Shown piece after piece: positions 60,746-64,000 of a stretch of 64,000 nucleotides of DNA. Within the stretch, counting starts at the first letter, position 1. Each line of letters starts with the position of its first letter. The notes below the pieces were generated by a model. It searched no databases, had not been told where the DNA came from, and was given only the letters and a program-made list of their open reading frames with translations. Made by a program: the position numbers and the translations under genes. Origin of the DNA: a bacterium (GTDB taxonomy: Bacteria > Electryoneota > Electryoneia > Electryoneales > Electryoneaceae); assembly GCA_963675295.2 (NCBI GenBank), contig CAXXKJ010000002.1, forward strand, positions 2,240,001 to 2,304,000, in the 5' to 3' direction.

Positions 60746-60975
60746 TGGACATACCAGCTAGTTGCGAATCGGTAATTCTTTGAAAACACTGGCACATCCC
60801 TTGAGATTCCCGAGATCGTCCGTCTCTGGAGTTATCGTGTAAATTTAACAAAGTTGTGTAGATGGATCTTGTTTTTGATCCTTTTCGCCTATATTGATCA
60901 GGGTTGATAGACGTCAAGACGGTTTAACCAGAGTTGCCGCAGGATGGGATTGGCCGCCGTGGCAGGGAGAAAGAA

Positions 60976-61197
60976 ATGACAGGGAAGGTGAAGTGGTTCG
61001 ACTCTAAAAAGGGATTCGGATTTATTGATGTAGGTACCGGACAGGATGTATTTGTCCACTATTCGTCGATCGAGGGACAGGGATTTCGCGATCTGGCGGA
61101 GGGGGAAGACGTCGAGCTGGAAATCGTGGAAGGTCCGAAGGGGCCGTCGGCGAAGGATGTGCGCAAAGTCAATCAGGCGCAATCGACAAGCTGGTAG
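60976..61197 (+). CDS. cspA: Cold-shock protein
   Basis: [29 protein letters not shown]. Confidence 0.95.
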   Translation: MTGKVKWFDSKKGFGFIDVGTGQDVFVHYSSIEGQGFRDLAEGEDVELEIVEGPKGPSAKDVRKVNQAQSTSW

Positions 61198-61425
61198 AAC
61201 GCGGCGCGTTCAAATTTGTCACGTACATCTGAACACTGAGTAGGCGAGTCCAGAGGTCAACGAAGGGCTTGCATCTGGATCTGTCGAGTGGGCATTGTTG
61301 TCTGTCGTCACGGAGCGGGCTCCGTGCGCGTTAGCCGGCGAGGCAAAAGGCAGATTCAGTCACGATGTGCTGAGCTTTTACCCGGCTGAACAGGCCGGTT
61401 TTTTCATGCAGGGGACAGGGAGTTG

Positions 61426-62076
61426 ATGCGGACGTTGAGGGGCAGAAGCTGGCAGGGATTGTCAACTGTGATCGTGGTGTTGGTCGTGGCGGTCTGGGGG
61501 ATCGCTCAGCCACAGATGGAATCCAGCGCCGACGGTCGCAGTGAGTCGATTGTACGGCAGGCGATCGCGCACTATGCGACGCACACCCAGTGCAAGCTTG
61601 AGGATATTTACAAGTACGTGCACCAGGCGACACTGGGCCCGGGTCATTTGCAGCTGAACCGGGAGCAGGCGGCGCAGTACCTGCTGCGGGAGTGGAACGC
61701 GCTGCCGTCGGTGGATAACGGCGACCACATTTTCGAGCCGCTCGGCGAAACGTATCAGCGGATCAACCTCCAAGCCTACAAGGCGTCCGGCGGCAAGGTG
61801 ATGGATGTGCTGGACGCGTTCATGGCGTCGATGAATGCTGAGGCGGATACGACGCTGCTCGATTCCACGTGGACACGCACCACGCGCCTGCTGGAGACGA
61901 CTGGCCTGGTTCCCGCGGACAGCCTGGCATCATTCACGGAACGGGTTCGCGCATCGGATTGGCCGCTCTATCACCATAGCGAACAGTACGCGAACGCGTA
62001 CAAGCCTCATTATCGTGTGATTACGATGGCGGAGGGGGTCGCGTTGATGGAGAAGCTGGGGACGTGGGAGCCGTAA
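61426..62076 (+). CDS. Hypothetical secreted protein
   Basis: Signal/anchor helix; EDIYKYVHQATLGPGH and HHSEQY..YKPHYRV motifs; GGGAG SD. Confidence 0.75.
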   Translation: MRTLRGRSWQGLSTVIVVLVVAVWGIAQPQMESSADGRSESIVRQAIAHYATHTQCKLEDIYKYVHQATLGPGHLQLNREQAAQYLLREWNALPSVDNGDHIFEPLGETYQRINLQAYKASGGKVMDVLDAFMASMNAEADTTLLDSTWTRTTRLLETTGLVPADSLASFTERVRASDWPLYHHSEQYANAYKPHYRVITMAEGVALMEKLGTWEP

Positions 62077-62104
62077 GGCGGAAGAAATAGCGCAGAAACA
62101 ACGA

Positions 62105-62137
62105 ACGGGACGCGGCATTGGCCACGTCCCGTTTTTA
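62105..62137. terminator. Intrinsic terminator between convergent genes
   Basis: AACGGGACGCGGC / GCCACGTCCCGTT stem followed by a T-run. Confidence 0.7.
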
Positions 62138-62157
62138 CAGCTCAAAGCCGTGACGGA

Positions 62158-62517
62158 TTACATCGGCTGGTTCTGGACGAGACCGACCATGTTGCCGTCC
62201 GGATCATTGAACATGGCGATGGTCGGACCGTTGGGGACCTCCATCTTCGGCACGATGACCGTGCCGCCGAGTTCCTGTACCTTGGCAATGGAGGCGTCGA
62301 TGTCGTCCACGCCGACGTAGAAGGTGGCATACATCGCGCCGTTACTCATGTCACTACCGCCGATGCCGCCGCCGAGGCCGGTGTCTTTCTCAGATGTCAT
62401 ACCATAGCCAGGCATGGATTCGTTGTCATACTGCCAGCCGAACAGGTCGGTGTAGAACTTCTGTGACGTGTTGGCGTCCTTACCGATGATTTCAAACCAG
62501 ACAATCTTGTCAGCCAT
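62158..62517 (-). CDS. VOC/glyoxalase family protein
   Basis: IVWFEI..FYTDLFGW..GGI..YVGVDDID..GG.V..F.DPDGN; AGGAGAGG SD. Confidence 0.92.
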   Translation of the reverse strand: MADKIVWFEIIGKDANTSQKFYTDLFGWQYDNESMPGYGMTSEKDTGLGGGIGGSDMSNGAMYATFYVGVDDIDASIAKVQELGGTVIVPKMEVPNGPTIAMFNDPDGNMVGLVQNQPM

Positions 62518-63015
62518 GATACCCTCTCCTTGTACACCGTGAATGTGCGTCAGTTCACTTCCCACATGTTGCAGCTGCAACACTAACCATATGTTCAGTG
62601 AAATGCAAGGGCGAGTTGAAAGTTTGGCGACCCTAAGAGAGGCGGGTTGGGAGACGGGTCGTGTGAAACGGATGAAGGTGGGTTGAGCGCGGGAGAGGCA
62701 GATAGACTGTGGGTCATTCTGACGTCGAGTGTATTTGCGACGGAACAAGGTCCGGAGTATCAATAATTCAGACAGTTTGTCCATCGTCCGTGAAGCAAAT
62801 TCTGCCAAGCTGGCTCTTCCTCACTTCTCTTCGTTCCGTTCGGAATGACGTGCTGGCCGAAAGGTGATGGTTGATTCACAGATTGGGGCGTGGAGTGTCA
62901 GGGTGGGGACGGGGTGGCCCAGACATGAATGTCTGGGGCATGGTTAGTCGGACTGGAATTGAGTACAGGATAAACTTACTAGATCAGCTATACGGGATCA
63001 GCTTGCAGGATCCAC

Positions 63016-64000
63016 CTACAGGATCAGCATCGCGTCGCCGTAGGAGAAGAAGCGGTAGTTCATTTCGACGGCTTCCTCATAGGTGGCGAGGATGCGTTCC
63101 CGTCCGGCGAGGGAGCTGACGAGCATCATCAGTGTTGAACCCGGCAGGTGGAAGTTGGTGACCATCGCGTCCACGGCTTTGAAGGTGTAGGGCGGGCGGA
63201 TGAAGAGCGCGGTGCGTCCGGACGCGGGCGCAAAGGAACCGTCCTCGCGGACCACGGATTCCAGCGTGCGGACGGAGGTGGTGCCGACGGCGATGATACG
63301 TCCACCACGGGCGCGGGTGGCGTTCAATTTCTCGGAGGTGGTTTGGTCGATGGTGTAGCGCTCCTCGTCCATGCGATGATCGGCGAGGTTTTCGACCTCG
63401 ACCGGCCGGAAGGTACCGATGCCGACGTGCAGGGTGAGGTACGCGGTGTCGACGCCGTTGCCGCGCAAGGTTTCGAGCAGTTCCGGGGTGAAGTGTAGCC
63501 CGGCGGTGGGGGCGGCGACGGAGCCTTTGTGTATCGCGTATACGGTCTGGTAGCGGTCACGGTCATGGTCGACCGGTGCGCGGTGGATGTATGGCGGTAG
63601 CGGAACCGCACCGGCGCCGTTAAGCCACGCCCAGAATCCGTCGACGGTGGTCTCGGTGTAATCAGCTGAAAAACGGACCAGCCGCCGGCCGGCGTCGCCC
63701 TCTTCAAGTACGGTTGCGGACCAGCCTCCGTTAAATCGGACACGCGTGTCCGATTTAAGGCGTTTGGCGGGACGGGCGAGGCAATCCCAGGTCAGGGGTG
63801 CGGTTTCTTCGAGCAGCAACAGCTCAACCTGACCACCGGTGTCGCGGTGCCCGTGCAGGCGTGCCGGGATGACACGAGTGTTGTTGAAGACCAGGGTATC
63901 GCCGGGATTGAGGAAATCGGGCAGGTCGCGGAAGTGGAGGTGCTGGTTGTCGCCACGGGAACGGTCGAGCACGAGCAGACGGCTGGCGTCGCGGGGTTCA
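63016..64000 (-). CDS. queA: tRNA preQ1 S-adenosylmethionine ribosyltransferase-isomerase (5'-truncated by window edge)
   Basis: VFNNTRVIPARL, PLPPYI, YQTVYA..GSVAAPTAGLHF, TNFHLP, FFSYGDAMLI. Confidence 0.97.
   Translation of the reverse strand, partial: EPRDASRLLVLDRSRGDNQHLHFRDLPDFLNPGDTLVFNNTRVIPARLHGHRDTGGQVELLLLEETAPLTWDCLARPAKRLKSDTRVRFNGGWSATVLEEGDAGRRLVRFSADYTETTVDGFWAWLNGAGAVPLPPYIHRAPVDHDRDRYQTVYAIHKGSVAAPTAGLHFTPELLETLRGNGVDTAYLTLHVGIGTFRPVEVENLADHRMDEERYTIDQTTSEKLNATRARGGRIIAVGTTSVRTLESVVREDGSFAPASGRTALFIRPPYTFKAVDAMVTNFHLPGSTLMMLVSSLAGRERILATYEEAVEMNYRFFSYGDAMLIL

Overview
GC-rich (roughly 60% by eye) chromosomal segment of a Gram-negative bacterium. Two secreted proteins ending in 'YPNPFN' type-A sorting domains point to an FCB-group lineage (inference). 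Most of the window is housekeeping or metabolic: a multi-PAS/GAF hybrid kinase, B12-binding protein, yebC, M2 peptidase, ABC permease, pirin, citF, lycopene cyclase plus crtI-family desaturase, gdhA with a REC/PPDK-like partner, glgC-deoC-ybjQ-glmM, yraN-rnhB, PNP, rluD, maf-rodZ, thioredoxin-like proteins, troABCD, cspA and a partial queA. Three regions stand out. (1) An accessory island at about 17.9-22.1 kb holds an antitoxin, a truncated toxin, an IS30 apparently inserted into a palindromic repeat, and a low-GC overlapping two-gene cassette (unknown 198-aa protein plus N-terminal PD-(D/E)xK nuclease protein), a candidate undescribed defence system. (2) A pgsB-pgsC-pgsW poly-gamma-glutamate operon is extended by a secreted protein and an outer-membrane beta-barrel, a candidate diderm export module. 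(3) Intergenic mosaics of GTAG-type REP-like hairpins and heptamer tandem repeats recur at distant sites. No rRNA, tRNA or CRISPR array was recognised. All calls come from reading motifs by eye; no database search was run.
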